50,072 bases of DNA from an uncultured Chloroflexota bacterium (GCA_937870805.1 CALMZT010000419.1:1-50072), one strand, 5' to 3'. Positions 15,376 to 25,251 are shown, counted from the first letter of the stretch. Made by a program: numbers and translations. The notes: generated from the letters alone by a model not told the origin.

Positions 15376-16017
15376 CTAATTCCGTAGTTGGTAGATTCTC
15401 AATTGCTCATCATTGAGGACAAAATACTTGTAGCTGTTGTAGGTCAGCGGTATATCAAGCTGTTTGTTGATGAGCATACGAATAGCAGCAATGGAAAGAC
15501 CGACCTGAAGATAGGCTTGAATCTGTTCCCGATAGGCGTCTAGCGGACGACTTTGATTGCGCCTGCCCTTCGGACGACCCAGGAGTTTTCCTTGGGCTTT
15601 AGCCGCCGCCAACCCCTGTTTTGTGCGGATGGAAATGAACTCGCGCTCGGTTTCGGCGAAGTAGCTGTAGATCGCCAGCAAGAGGGGCGTCTGCGATCCC
15701 GTAGTGGACAATTCGGGCTGACGGATGAAAACGATCTTCACGCCTTTCTGGGTCAGCGCATGAATGAGATTGAGCGTTTCGAGCATGTTGCGTCCCAATC
15801 GGCTCAGTTCTGCCACGAGGAGCAAATCGCCGTCCTGGAGCTTGCTAATCAGTTCGGTGATACGACGCTCATCCTGGTTACGGCGCGATGAGATTTCAAC
15901 TTCGATGAACTCATCAATGAGGAGTTTATAGTGTTGAGAATATTCCAGCAGCAGATGCCGTTGTTTGGTTAAGTCCTGGTCGTCTTTGCTAACGCGAATA
16001 TAGCCAATCGTGGTCAT
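15376..16017 (-). CDS. Small serine recombinase (resolvase/invertase family) with C-terminal HTH
   Basis: The N-terminus MTTIGYIRVSKDDQDL has the catalytic-Ser motif of resolvase/invertase enzymes. LLVAELSRLGRN and the C-terminal HTH are typical. ATG at 16017 is preceded by AAGG with 6-nt spacing. The TTG at 16020 in the ORF track is less likely. Confidence 0.85.
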   Translation of the reverse strand: MTTIGYIRVSKDDQDLTKQRHLLLEYSQHYKLLIDEFIEVEISSRRNQDERRITELISKLQDGDLLLVAELSRLGRNMLETLNLIHALTQKGVKIVFIRQPELSTTGSQTPLLLAIYSYFAETEREFISIRTKQGLAAAKAQGKLLGRPKGRRNQSRPLDAYREQIQAYLQVGLSIAAIRMLINKQLDIPLTYNSYKYFVLNDEQLRIYQLRN

Positions 16018-16023
16018 CAAATG

Positions 16024-16166
16024 CCTTATGCAAAAGAAAGGTGTTTATGACTATAATTTTAACATAGGATTGCAGCAATTATCAACCGATTCTGCTGCAA
16101 TTTTGTGGAGAAAAAAACGACCGTTTTTTGTGCAACTGAATTGTTTAACACCTGTTTTGGATAAGG
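16024..16166. repeat. 11/12 inverted repeat CCTTATGCAAAA / TTTTGGATAAGG flanking a 119-bp promoter-containing segment in the recombinase leader
   Basis: Arm 1 is at 16024-16035 and overlaps the recombinase RBS. Arm 2 is at 16155-16166. Between them on the minus strand is TTGCTG (16078-16073), a 17-nt spacer, then TATAGT (16055-16050). Confidence 0.5.
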
Positions 16167-16175
16167 ATAGCAAAT

Positions 16176-17012
16176 TCAGCCCTTGATCGCGCCCGCTGTC
16201 ATTCCCGAAACAATCTGCCGCTGGAAAAACATGAACATGATGAGTGGCGGAATCGTGATGATTACCACGTCCGCAAAGAGCAGATGCCACCGCGAACTGA
16301 ACTGGCTAATGAAGCTGTACAATGTCAACTGTGCGGTAACGTTCTGCCCACCAGGAAGGAAATAGAGTGGTCCCGTGAAGTCATTGTAGATAGCAACAGA
16401 CGAGACGACAATCACCGTCACAATTGCTGGACGCAGCAGCGGCAGAATAACGGAGAAGAATACCTGTAACGGAGACGCGCCATCGATAATTGCTGCTTCA
16501 TCGATCTCGCCTGGGATAGACGCCATAAACGTGCGGAAGATGAGCGTCGCGAACGGCATCGTGAATGCAACTTCGACCAGGATCAGACCAATGAGCGTTT
16601 TGTAGAGACCAACCTGCTGTAGCACGAAGATCGTTGGCACGACAGCAGGAGGGATAATCAGCCCCGCAAGCATGATCGAATTGACCACTGATGCCATCCG
16701 ATCTCGGCGGCGCTGCATCACAAAGGCGACGAGCGCCGAGAGCAGGACGATCAGTGTGACCGATCCCACCGTAAGTATTGTGCTATTCCACAGCGCCAGC
16801 AGCATACGCCTATCACCAAACTCCAGGACTTCCCGAAGGTTCTCGAAGAACTGAAACTGGCTGGGCCAGGTGAATTGAAAAAGCGCTGCTTCTGGACCCG
16901 TTTTCGCAGCAGTCAGAAATATGAACATGAATGGCACGACAAAGATGGTGCCAATGATGATGAGCGCCGTAACGTCCAGCCAGACGCTTACGATGAATTT
17001 TCGGACTGTCAT
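16176..17012 (-). CDS. Carbohydrate ABC transporter permease (MalG-like, CUT1)
   Basis: Six-TM protein with EAA loop EIDEAAIIDGASPLQVFFSVILPLLRP. Its ATG overlaps the upstream stop (ATGA). Confidence 0.9.
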   Translation of the reverse strand: MTVRKFIVSVWLDVTALIIIGTIFVVPFMFIFLTAAKTGPEAALFQFTWPSQFQFFENLREVLEFGDRRMLLALWNSTILTVGSVTLIVLLSALVAFVMQRRRDRMASVVNSIMLAGLIIPPAVVPTIFVLQQVGLYKTLIGLILVEVAFTMPFATLIFRTFMASIPGEIDEAAIIDGASPLQVFFSVILPLLRPAIVTVIVVSSVAIYNDFTGPLYFLPGGQNVTAQLTLYSFISQFSSRWHLLFADVVIITIPPLIMFMFFQRQIVSGMTAGAIKG

Positions 17013-17887
17013 AATTCAAGCTCCGCACGATTGAAGAAGCGCATCAAGGGATAGACGATGATCGTGACGAGAATGAAAAGCACAACATTGCCAGCGACAG
17101 ACAATCCGTAGAACCCTGCCTGATACTGTTTATAGATCACCGATGTGAGCACATCTGACGCAAAGCCAGGACCGCCGCGGGTCATCGTCCAGATCAAATC
17201 GAAGGTTCGCAATCCACCGATAAAAGACAGTAGGATGACTGTGAAGGTCGCATTGCGGGCTAGTGGTAGGATGACATAACGGAACTTCACCCATGTTTCA
17301 CCCTCAAGCCGCGCTGCTTCAAAAAAGTCTAATGGGATCGACAGAATGCCAGCAATGAATATCACCGTTGCGATGCCGATACCCTTCCATACGTCCACCA
17401 ACGCCACAGAGTAGAGGGCTAAGCCTGGATTTCCAAGCCAGTCAGGTCGTGGAAGACCGAGAGCGCCTAAGACGGTGTTGATGAGTCCCACCGAGGGCTG
17501 CATGAGAGAAGCGAATGTGATTCCGACTGCAACTGTACTGACAAGCACTGGGAAGAAGATGATGCCTCGAAGCAACCCCTTAAGCCGCAGACTTGAGGTG
17601 AGCAGCATTGCGAGGGGTAAGGAGATAATAACTTTAAGTCCACTCGTGATCACGGCATAAATAAATGTATTGCGAAGCCCCGCCATAAGTTGGGGGTCGT
17701 TCAAAAATCTTTCATAGTTGTCGAGTCCGATAAATGTTGCATCGAACAGCGTCCAGCGGGTCAGGCTGAAGTAAAACGCAAGCATTGTCGGAACAACGAA
17801 GAACACGCCAAAAACGAGCGCGGCTGGAAGATAAAACCAATAAGGATACGTCCGCAGAATTGTCCGCGGACGTGAGTTACTTTTCAT
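17009..17887 (-). CDS. Carbohydrate ABC transporter permease (MalF-like, CUT1)
   Basis: Polytopic protein with EAA loop FFEAARLEGETWVKFRYVILPLARN. Confidence 0.9.
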   Translation of the reverse strand: MKSNSRPRTILRTYPYWFYLPAALVFGVFFVVPTMLAFYFSLTRWTLFDATFIGLDNYERFLNDPQLMAGLRNTFIYAVITSGLKVIISLPLAMLLTSSLRLKGLLRGIIFFPVLVSTVAVGITFASLMQPSVGLINTVLGALGLPRPDWLGNPGLALYSVALVDVWKGIGIATVIFIAGILSIPLDFFEAARLEGETWVKFRYVILPLARNATFTVILLSFIGGLRTFDLIWTMTRGGPGFASDVLTSVIYKQYQAGFYGLSVAGNVVLFILVTIIVYPLMRFFNRAELEL

Positions 17888-17927
17888 AGCATCTCTCTGT
17901 TCTCAGTCGCGTATAGGTTTATTGTAT

Positions 17928-17957
17928 CTGAGGGCGAGCTATATAGCCCGCCCTCAG
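17928..17957 (-). other. Intercistronic hairpin between binding-protein and permease genes
   Basis: CTGAGGGCG(12 nt)CGCCCTCAG forms a 9-bp GC-rich stem with no U-run. It may act as an mRNA-stabilising or attenuating hairpin. Confidence 0.45.
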
Positions 17958-17988
17958 AACAAGACATGTAACAGGTTTTAAGACAAGA

Positions 17989-19269
17989 CTAATCCCAGCC
18001 GGGGAGACCAAGCTGCTGCGCCTGCCGTTCAACATCAAGGTCATAGCTCGCGGCTGCTTCTTCAGCGCTCATCTGACCCGTGCCGACGGCAACGCAAATC
18101 TGTTCCAGATTCGGACCCTTGATGGGCGACAAGAATTCCAGCGCGGGGTAGGAATTGCCTGAGTCAATATAGGCGGCAAGGTCTTGCACGGCGGGCAGCA
18201 CGGTATCGGGTAGGGTCGAACCTACGATCAGATACGGACCGTTGGGTGCTACTGCTGCGGTGATTGCATCTACACCTTCGACAGAAGCGATAAAGCCCAG
18301 GAAATCAAGCGCGACTTCAAGTTTTGCGCCTTGCGTGGTCTGTGGGATGTACGTCGCAGCGGGCATCCAGATCGTCGCACCGTTCGCCTCGGCATCTGTG
18401 CCGGGCTGCGCGAAGAAGCCAATGTCGTTCACCTGATCGGGGAAATTCGCCGCAATAGTCGAGAGGGCGAACGTCAGCATCGGGTAATGCGCGACTTCCC
18501 CATTCGCCAACAGTGCCAAACCCTGTTCAAAGCGGGTCGTTGCGTAGTCGGGCTGCCACCAACCCTGTTCATAGCCTTCCTGCAAATAGGTGAAGCCTGC
18601 AAGCGCCGCGGGGGTAGTAGCGTACTTGGCTTCATTTGCCGTATACGCATCTGCGAAGCCGGGTACAGCTTGTTCGACATTGTAGTAGTCAGCCAGTACG
18701 AACAACTGTGAAGTCCATGTGTCACCGAAGGTCGCCAGAACAGGCGGGATACCCGCTTCGAGGATGGCGGCGTTGTTTGCTTCAAATTCTGCCCACGTCA
18801 GCGGCACGCTGAGACCGAGTTCTTCGTAGATGTTCCGGTTATAGAGGATGCCACCGCCCATCGCCGTTCCAGTCGGTACTCCGAAGATTTGCCCATCCTG
18901 AGACACTGTCGGAAGGAACGATTCGACGATGTTCTCGATGAACGGTTGATCTGAGAGGTCTACCAGCGTCTGGGCAGGATTCAATGCTTGCAACAGTGAG
19001 CCTGAGTTATAGAAGAAAATATCCGTCATGTCGCCAGTAGCTAGACGTGTCTTGACAATGTTGTCGCCTTCGGTGCCGCCCGGACGAGTTTCGATAGTGA
19101 TGGTCACGTTGGGATGTTCTGCCATATAGGCATCAGCGAGTGCCTGCGCCGTATCCTGGCTGTTCTGGGTGTCATCGACAAGATAGGTCAGCGTGACAGC
19201 ATCCTGGGCAGCAGCAACCGATGTCTCCAACACCAACAAAAGAAGAAGAAACAGAAATTTCCTTATCAT
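17989..19269 (-). CDS. Extracellular sugar-binding protein of ABC transporter (family 1 SBP)
   Basis: The signal peptide MIRKFLFLLLLLVLETSVAAAQD starts from ATG 19269, preceded by GGAG 8 nt upstream. The ORF-track GTG at 19278 is less likely. The composition is SBP_bac_1-like. Confidence 0.9.
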   Translation of the reverse strand: MIRKFLFLLLLLVLETSVAAAQDAVTLTYLVDDTQNSQDTAQALADAYMAEHPNVTITIETRPGGTEGDNIVKTRLATGDMTDIFFYNSGSLLQALNPAQTLVDLSDQPFIENIVESFLPTVSQDGQIFGVPTGTAMGGGILYNRNIYEELGLSVPLTWAEFEANNAAILEAGIPPVLATFGDTWTSQLFVLADYYNVEQAVPGFADAYTANEAKYATTPAALAGFTYLQEGYEQGWWQPDYATTRFEQGLALLANGEVAHYPMLTFALSTIAANFPDQVNDIGFFAQPGTDAEANGATIWMPAATYIPQTTQGAKLEVALDFLGFIASVEGVDAITAAVAPNGPYLIVGSTLPDTVLPAVQDLAAYIDSGNSYPALEFLSPIKGPNLEQICVAVGTGQMSAEEAAASYDLDVERQAQQLGLPGWD

Positions 19270-19329
19270 GTGAAACACTCCTTATACATTTTAATTTTCT
19301 TTACAAAAGTGCCATTGCGGGCACTCTGT

Positions 19330-20385
19330 TCACAAATTTGGGTGCTCACTATTTGTTTGAGCGTATCTTGGTGCAGGTCCGGTAGACTCACGGATGATAA
19401 GCTGCCAATTACGGGTAATCACTTCACGCGGAAGCTCTGGGTCTTTAATGCGCTTGAGCAAAAGCCGCACTGCGTCGCGACCATTCTGCTCCGGTTCGCC
19501 AGAAACTGTAGTCAAGCGTGGCACGATGAAATTGCTGAAGGGGATGTCGTCGAAACTGGCAATGGACACATTGCCCGGTACAGATAGACCCAGATCAGCC
19601 GCCGCTCGTATCGCAGACATTGCCAGCAGGTCATTGATTGCCAGCAGTGCCGTCGGGCGATCCGGCTGGCTCAACAGCTCAAAAGCTGCGCGGTAGCCCT
19701 CTTCTAATGTTTCACCGCAATGGCACACGAGGGTTTCATCGTAGGTTAGTCCGGCATCTTGCAGCGCCTCACCATAAGCATCCAAACGGTCAAAACCCTG
19801 TGCAGGAATGGTTACGCCGTAAACAAAGCCGATGCGCCGATGACCGAGTTCGAGTAAATGCGACATCAAGGCGCGCGTGCCAGCGCCATAGCCCTGATAA
19901 ACGTAAGCAAATTCCGAAGGCGTCCCCGAAATCTCGACAATCGGGCGCGTTGAGCGTCGAAGCTGGTTCATCACCTGGTCTGACAGCAGCTTGAAGCCAA
20001 TTAACATGATAAGACCGTCGACGCGCTGCTCAGCTAGCTCTCTGACGCTCTGGTTTTCCTGCTCCGGCGTCAAGGAGTTATGCGCCAGCAGCAAACTGTA
20101 GCCTGCCGCTTCCGCTTCACTGGAAATCCCTCGTAGAATCTGCCAGAAGAAAGGGTTCTCGTACAGTGGCAGCAGCACGCCGATAGTTTTGGTATCGCCG
20201 CTGCGCAGGGATTGTGCGCGTGCATCAATTTCGTACCCCAGTTCAGCGATGGCGTTTAATACTCGCTGGCGAGTTTCGGGCGAGATGGGGATGCGTTGAT
20301 CGGTCTGATCGTTCAGGACATAAGAAACTGTTGCTCGTGACACGCCAGCAATGCGTGCGACATCTGCTTGTGTAGGTCGTTTCAT
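19330..20385 (-). CDS. LacI family transcriptional regulator
   Basis: N-terminal HTH MKRPTQADVARIAGVSRATVSYVLN followed by a periplasmic-binding-protein-like sugar-binding fold. Confidence 0.9.
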   Translation of the reverse strand: MKRPTQADVARIAGVSRATVSYVLNDQTDQRIPISPETRQRVLNAIAELGYEIDARAQSLRSGDTKTIGVLLPLYENPFFWQILRGISSEAEAAGYSLLLAHNSLTPEQENQSVRELAEQRVDGLIMLIGFKLLSDQVMNQLRRSTRPIVEISGTPSEFAYVYQGYGAGTRALMSHLLELGHRRIGFVYGVTIPAQGFDRLDAYGEALQDAGLTYDETLVCHCGETLEEGYRAAFELLSQPDRPTALLAINDLLAMSAIRAAADLGLSVPGNVSIASFDDIPFSNFIVPRLTTVSGEPEQNGRDAVRLLLKRIKDPELPREVITRNWQLIIRESTGPAPRYAQTNSEHPNL

Positions 20386-20583
20386 AGAATAATCAGGTTT
20401 TCAAAAACAATTTCACTATTTTATTGACACGACTCAACTTAATCGTGTAAATTAAATTTTAGAGTAGACAGTTTAGGATTTTTTGTCAAGTAGATATTGT
20501 GTTTCCCGTTGAAGTTGCCCAATTCGTCATACGCTTTGCCGAAGTGCGATATAAATGGATGATCTTTTTGAAAAGGACATTAC

Positions 20584-23328
20584 ATGACTCTCATTACTCG
20601 TCTTACGACTGAATACCGCCGCAATCCACTGGGCATTGATGTTCCCAACCCGCGCTTTGCATGGCAGATGGAAACTGAACGGCAGGGGGCGCGTCAAACC
20701 GCCTACCGCGTGACTGCCTCCAGTCAGCCCGATCTACTTGATGTCGGAAAGCCTGACTTGTGGGACAGCGGCAAGATTGACTCGGATCAATCGGTACACG
20801 TGCCGTATGCCGGGCAACCACTGCGTTCACGCCAGCGTGTGTACTGGCAGATGACAGTCTGGGACGAAACGGGAAATGCTTCTGAGAGTGATGCTGCATG
20901 GTTTGAAATGGGGCTGCTCCAGAGCAGTGATTGGCAAGCACAGTGGATTGGAACAGCTTTTGCAGGTGGACCACGCAGCATGTTTCCTGTTCCCTATTTG
21001 CGTAAAACGTTCACGCTCCCGGCGGCGGTGGCTTCGGCGCGGTTGTATGTCACAGCGTTGGGACTATTCGAGTGTTCGATCAATGGTCAGCCTGTTGGCG
21101 AGGATGTGTTCACGCCGGGATGGACGGATTATCACCAGCGCGTGCAGTATGTCACCTACGATGTGACTCCCTTTCTGCATCGTGGCGACAACGCGATAGG
21201 GGCAATCCTCGGTGATGGATGGGCTGCCGGATATATCGGTTGGCTGCATCGCCAGAACTATGTAGATCGTCCGCAGCTTCTGGCGCAGCTTGAAATCACA
21301 CTCACGGATGGCAGCACGCATAAGGTCTTGTCAGATGGTTCATGGACATATCACTTCGGAGCCATTACCCACAGCGATTTTCTAATGGGCGAAGCCTATG
21401 ACGCGCGTAAAGAACTTGCGGGTTGGGATACAGCAAGTTTTATGCCATCAGACGCGCTGCCTGTCGAAACGTTCAGTCATCCACAACTTCGAGTGGTGGC
21501 ACTCAATGGACCAACCGTCCGGCGTATTCAGGAACTCCAGCCAGTAAAAGAGCCACTTAATCGCGGCAGCATGGGGCGCAAGCGCCACGTGGTCGATCTT
21601 GGGCAGAACATGGTCGGTTGGGTGCGGTTTAAAGGATCAGCGCCCACTGGGACAACCATCGTGCTGCGCTTTGCCGAAGTCGTCAACCCTGATGGTTCGC
21701 TGTACACCACGAATTTACGTGCCGCGCACGCAACCGATTATTACACTTTCAAAGGTGGCGCTGAGGAAGTTTGGGAACCGAAATTCACGTTTCATGGTTT
21801 TCGTTATGTGGAAATCGACGGCTACGCTGGCGAAGTCACCCGCGACACGATCACAGGAATCGTGCTGCATTCGGAAATGGAGCAAACGGGAGCCTTTGAA
21901 TGCTCTGAGCCAATGCTGAATCAGCTTCAGAGCAATATTCTGTGGGGTCAAAAAGGCAATTTCGTTGATGTACCCACCGATTGCCCACAGCGTGACGAGC
22001 GCTTAGGCTGGACGGGCGATATTCAGGTGTTTGTGCGTACCGCCGCCTTCAACATGAACGTTGCCGGGTTTATGACCAAGTGGGCGCACGATGTCATCGA
22101 CGCGCAAAACCCTGATGGTTCCATTCCGTCTGTTGTCCCCTATGCCGCCGATGTCCCCAAAGATGGCGGTCCAGCGTGGGCGGATGCTGCCCTCATCTGC
22201 CCGTGGACGATTTATCTGTGCTACGGCGACACCCGTATTCTTGAGCAAAGCTATGACACTATGACCCGCTTCATGGATTTTCTGCTGGAGACCAGCCCCG
22301 GCTATATTCGCTGCGCGCCAGACTATGAAGGTTGGCCCGGTTATGGCGATTGGCTTTCGATCAACGCCAGCACGCCACGTGATTTAATCGGTACGGCTTT
22401 CCTGGCTTATGATGCGAGCTTAATGGCGCAGATTGCCGGGGTACTTGGAAATACGCAGGATGAAGCCAAATATCGGCAGCTTTTTGATGATGTGAAAAAG
22501 GCTTTTGCTGACCGTTACTTAGTGGGCAGTGAGTCGCCTGTTGCTGCTGCTAAGCCCTCGACCATGCGAAAGGCTGTGGAGGCGGCTGATGCACTCTCTC
22601 GTGGAACCTTAAAGACAGTGGATTATGGGCAAATCCCCTCCCAGGTTTTTAATACGAACCTGTTTACGCCCACGCAAACGGCATATGTCCTTGCGCTTCA
22701 TTTTGACCTTCTACCAGAGGAACTGCGCCCTATAGCAGTTACCGAGTTAGTGGCGGACATTGAGCGGCGTGGGATGCATCTTTCGACGGGCTTTGTGGGT
22801 TCACCTTATCTGCCCCATGTGTTGAGCGAGAACGAAAGGCTCGATGTCGCCTATGCACTCTTGCAGCAGAAAAGTTGGCCGTCGTGGCTGTATGCGGTGA
22901 CGCAAGGGGCGACCACCATCTGGGAGCGCTGGGATGGCTGGACAGAAGATAACGGCTTCCAGGATGCCGCCATGAATTCTTTCAACCACTATGCTTACGG
23001 TGCAATTGGAGCGTGGCTATACAACACAGTCGCTGGTATTGAGATTGATCCGACACAACCGGGCTATAAGCACATCATCGTACGTCCTCAGCCTGGTAGT
23101 GAGTTAACCACTGCATGTGCCCGGCTCAAAACGCTTTATGGTGAGGTCGTGTCGGAATGGAAAATCGAGCATCAGGTGTTCAATTTGACGGTCATTGTGC
23201 CACCCAATACGACAGCAACTATATATTTACCGGTTGATGGAAAAAGCACAGTTACCGTGAATGGTGAAACAATAGATGGTGGAATTCACGATGTTGGTGC
23301 GGGTAGATACCAATTTGTCATGAAATAA
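20584..23328 (+). CDS. Alpha-L-rhamnosidase (GH78)
   Basis: The N-terminus EYRRNPLGIDVPNPRFAW and the TDCPQRDERLGWTGD motif are characteristic of bacterial GH78 rhamnosidases. The 914-aa length fits. Confidence 0.85.
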   Translation: MTLITRLTTEYRRNPLGIDVPNPRFAWQMETERQGARQTAYRVTASSQPDLLDVGKPDLWDSGKIDSDQSVHVPYAGQPLRSRQRVYWQMTVWDETGNASESDAAWFEMGLLQSSDWQAQWIGTAFAGGPRSMFPVPYLRKTFTLPAAVASARLYVTALGLFECSINGQPVGEDVFTPGWTDYHQRVQYVTYDVTPFLHRGDNAIGAILGDGWAAGYIGWLHRQNYVDRPQLLAQLEITLTDGSTHKVLSDGSWTYHFGAITHSDFLMGEAYDARKELAGWDTASFMPSDALPVETFSHPQLRVVALNGPTVRRIQELQPVKEPLNRGSMGRKRHVVDLGQNMVGWVRFKGSAPTGTTIVLRFAEVVNPDGSLYTTNLRAAHATDYYTFKGGAEEVWEPKFTFHGFRYVEIDGYAGEVTRDTITGIVLHSEMEQTGAFECSEPMLNQLQSNILWGQKGNFVDVPTDCPQRDERLGWTGDIQVFVRTAAFNMNVAGFMTKWAHDVIDAQNPDGSIPSVVPYAADVPKDGGPAWADAALICPWTIYLCYGDTRILEQSYDTMTRFMDFLLETSPGYIRCAPDYEGWPGYGDWLSINASTPRDLIGTAFLAYDASLMAQIAGVLGNTQDEAKYRQLFDDVKKAFADRYLVGSESPVAAAKPSTMRKAVEAADALSRGTLKTVDYGQIPSQVFNTNLFTPTQTAYVLALHFDLLPEELRPIAVTELVADIERRGMHLSTGFVGSPYLPHVLSENERLDVAYALLQQKSWPSWLYAVTQGATTIWERWDGWTEDNGFQDAAMNSFNHYAYGAIGAWLYNTVAGIEIDPTQPGYKHIIVRPQPGSELTTACARLKTLYGEVVSEWKIEHQVFNLTVIVPPNTTATIYLPVDGKSTVTVNGETIDGGIHDVGAGRYQFVMK

Positions 23329-23623
23329 TCTTCTCGACCTGGTATTGAATAGCACCAGCAACCGATTTTCCCTGTTGAGGCGGACTTTAGGATCAAATAC
23401 AGGCGATCAGTTTCAAACGGTTGTTTGACCAGTTCTTGCAATCTGCGTTCATTGGCGCACGCTCAAACTGCAACAAGCGTGTACACACTTAGAGCAGTCG
23501 GGGTGCAGTGCTGCAACACGTTCGCCTGCCGCATATCTGCAAAGGGGTCGGCGTCCTCTGATCATTCAAGGGGCATACCCTTGAAGGGATCTCACATTCA
23601 CTCATCGTGCGTATCCAAAATCC

Positions 23624-23647
23624 GATTTGCATAAGGTATTCTGTGCC
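23624..23647 (+). repeat. Copy Y of a perfect 24-nt repeat GATTTGCATAAGGTATTCTGTGCC, first of three GATTYGCATAA units
   Basis: Identical to 30326-30349. Further GATTCGCATAA(G/A) units start at 23656 and 23686 (spacing 32 and 30 nt). Confidence 0.9.
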
Positions 23648-24209
23648 CAAATTCAGATTCGCATAAGCGATTTCTCCTCAAAGTGGATTCGCATAAATGT
23701 TGCCGCATTATGAGATGGACAAATGGGCAGTTCAATTTCTCATGTCGGTGCAAGATGCTCAGCCGCTATAACACGTGATTGATTGTCCCTTCGTGGAACC
23801 AGAGCCGGTGTAAATTCCACCGCTCAGGTTATTATCCACTCAGGAGGCAGGATCACAAGAATCCCGTGTGGAGCTACCCGTTGTCCCACTGTTGATGTCT
23901 TAGTTAGGATGTTGCCACGAAGGGATCATAAGCGTGGTTGATTTCATTGAGTGCTATGCCCTAGAGATCAATGTCGATAAGGCGATCTAGCAGATCATAG
24001 ACATAGCTGGTTGCGTCTGCTGTTCCCCATCGACGTGTGGCTACCTAGGTTGTTACAGTGCTAGGCTATCCCCCAGATAAAGCGCAACCTATCACCAATT
24101 GGTAAGTGACCTAATCTTTCAAGTTTGTGCAGAATCAATAAAAAAACCGGAATAGTGCTGATCTGACATGAAGAATAGTTGACACCTTCTCTCTTTCTAC
24201 ATATCTTAT

Positions 24210-24225
24210 AGTTAAGCGCTTAACT
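24210..24225. promoter_or_regulatory. Perfect 16-bp palindrome AGTTAAGCGCTTAACT, candidate LacI-family operator upstream of the second LacI gene
   Basis: Perfect dyad with a central CG, 21 nt upstream of ATG 24247. TTGACA lies at 24179-24184. Confidence 0.55.
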
Positions 24226-24246
24226 ACAGCAAATTAGCGTTATTTC

Positions 24247-25251
24247 ATGGCAAAATTAGAGGATGTAGCTAAAAGAGCGGGGGTATCGACGGCAACGGTT
24301 TCCAAAGTGCTGTCCAATACTCCCTATTTTACCGAAAGCACTCGCCAACGGGTGATGCGGGCGGTAGAGGAACTTGGCTACGTACCCAATTTAGCGGCAC
24401 GTGCACTGGCAGCCGGGAAGACGAGTATCATCGCCGTCGTTTTTCCCCACGTCTATGATGGTGTTTTTCAAGATCCACATACCTTACACATCTTGCAAGG
24501 CATCGAAGCCGAGTGTACTCAGCGAGGTTATAATATTCTCTTAAGCACACCTCGCTTAACCCCCGATGGGGTTGATGAGCATTATCTACGCCTCATTCAA
24601 AGTGGCTATATAGATGGCATTATCGCCCTCGACAACGTTCCCATTTACTCGGTCTTAGAGCCAATTCGCAGCAAGAGCATCCCTGTAGTCAATCTAGGCA
24701 CTCATCCCAGTGAGCATTATGTCCATACCAACGACTACTCCGGTGGATTCCAGTTGATGCAACATCTTCTTGAGCTAGGGCATCGTGCTATTGGCATCAT
24801 TAGTGTTCCGAACGATCTCAATCTCAGCGCAAACCACCGTATGGAGGGTCTGCGTGCCGCTGCGCAAGCAGCAGGTGTCGATTTTGACGCCTTGCCCATA
24901 GCGGAGGGGGACTTCTCTATCACCAGTGGTGCAGCTTGTGCCGACCTTCTCCTGCAACAGTTTCCTACACTCACCGCTTTCGTGTGTTTGAATGATCGCA
25001 TGGCGATGGGTGCGGTTCAACTTGTGCATCGGATCGGACGCCGTGTGCCGGATGATATCAGCGTTGTTGGTTACGATGACATCCCGATGGCAGCCGTATT
25101 TGATCCGCCCCTGACCACGATTGACGCCCATGCCCCTACGAGAGGGCGCGACGCGACGCGCATGTTGTTCGACGTACTCAATGGCAAATTCCCTGACCCC
25201 GTCGTTTATCCGGTGGATTTGATCGTCCGTGAATCATCTACACATACATGA
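24247..25251 (+). CDS. LacI family transcriptional regulator
   Basis: HTH MAKLEDVAKRAGVSTATVSKVLSN plus a sugar-binding domain. Confidence 0.9.
   Translation: MAKLEDVAKRAGVSTATVSKVLSNTPYFTESTRQRVMRAVEELGYVPNLAARALAAGKTSIIAVVFPHVYDGVFQDPHTLHILQGIEAECTQRGYNILLSTPRLTPDGVDEHYLRLIQSGYIDGIIALDNVPIYSVLEPIRSKSIPVVNLGTHPSEHYVHTNDYSGGFQLMQHLLELGHRAIGIISVPNDLNLSANHRMEGLRAAAQAAGVDFDALPIAEGDFSITSGAACADLLLQQFPTLTAFVCLNDRMAMGAVQLVHRIGRRVPDDISVVGYDDIPMAAVFDPPLTTIDAHAPTRGRDATRMLFDVLNGKFPDPVVYPVDLIVRESSTHT

Noticed and set aside
16116-16135. The 15-mer AAAAACGGTCGTTTT shared (in inverted orientation) between 16116-16135 and 38131-38146, considered as another recombination-site pair.
   Set aside because: Exact 15-mer matches are expected about twice by chance in 50 kb on both strands. 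This one is also low-complexity (A/T runs).
23624-23697. Three GATTYGCATAA units at ~31-bp spacing looked superficially like a tiny CRISPR array.
   Set aside because: The conserved unit is only ~11-12 nt, there are just three units (two at the second locus), no cas genes are present, and the spacers are partly similar between loci. It fits protein-binding or recombination sites better.
23831-23838. TTATCCAC, a DnaA-box-like octamer.
   Set aside because: It is a single isolated copy with no cluster or adjacent AT-rich unwinding element.
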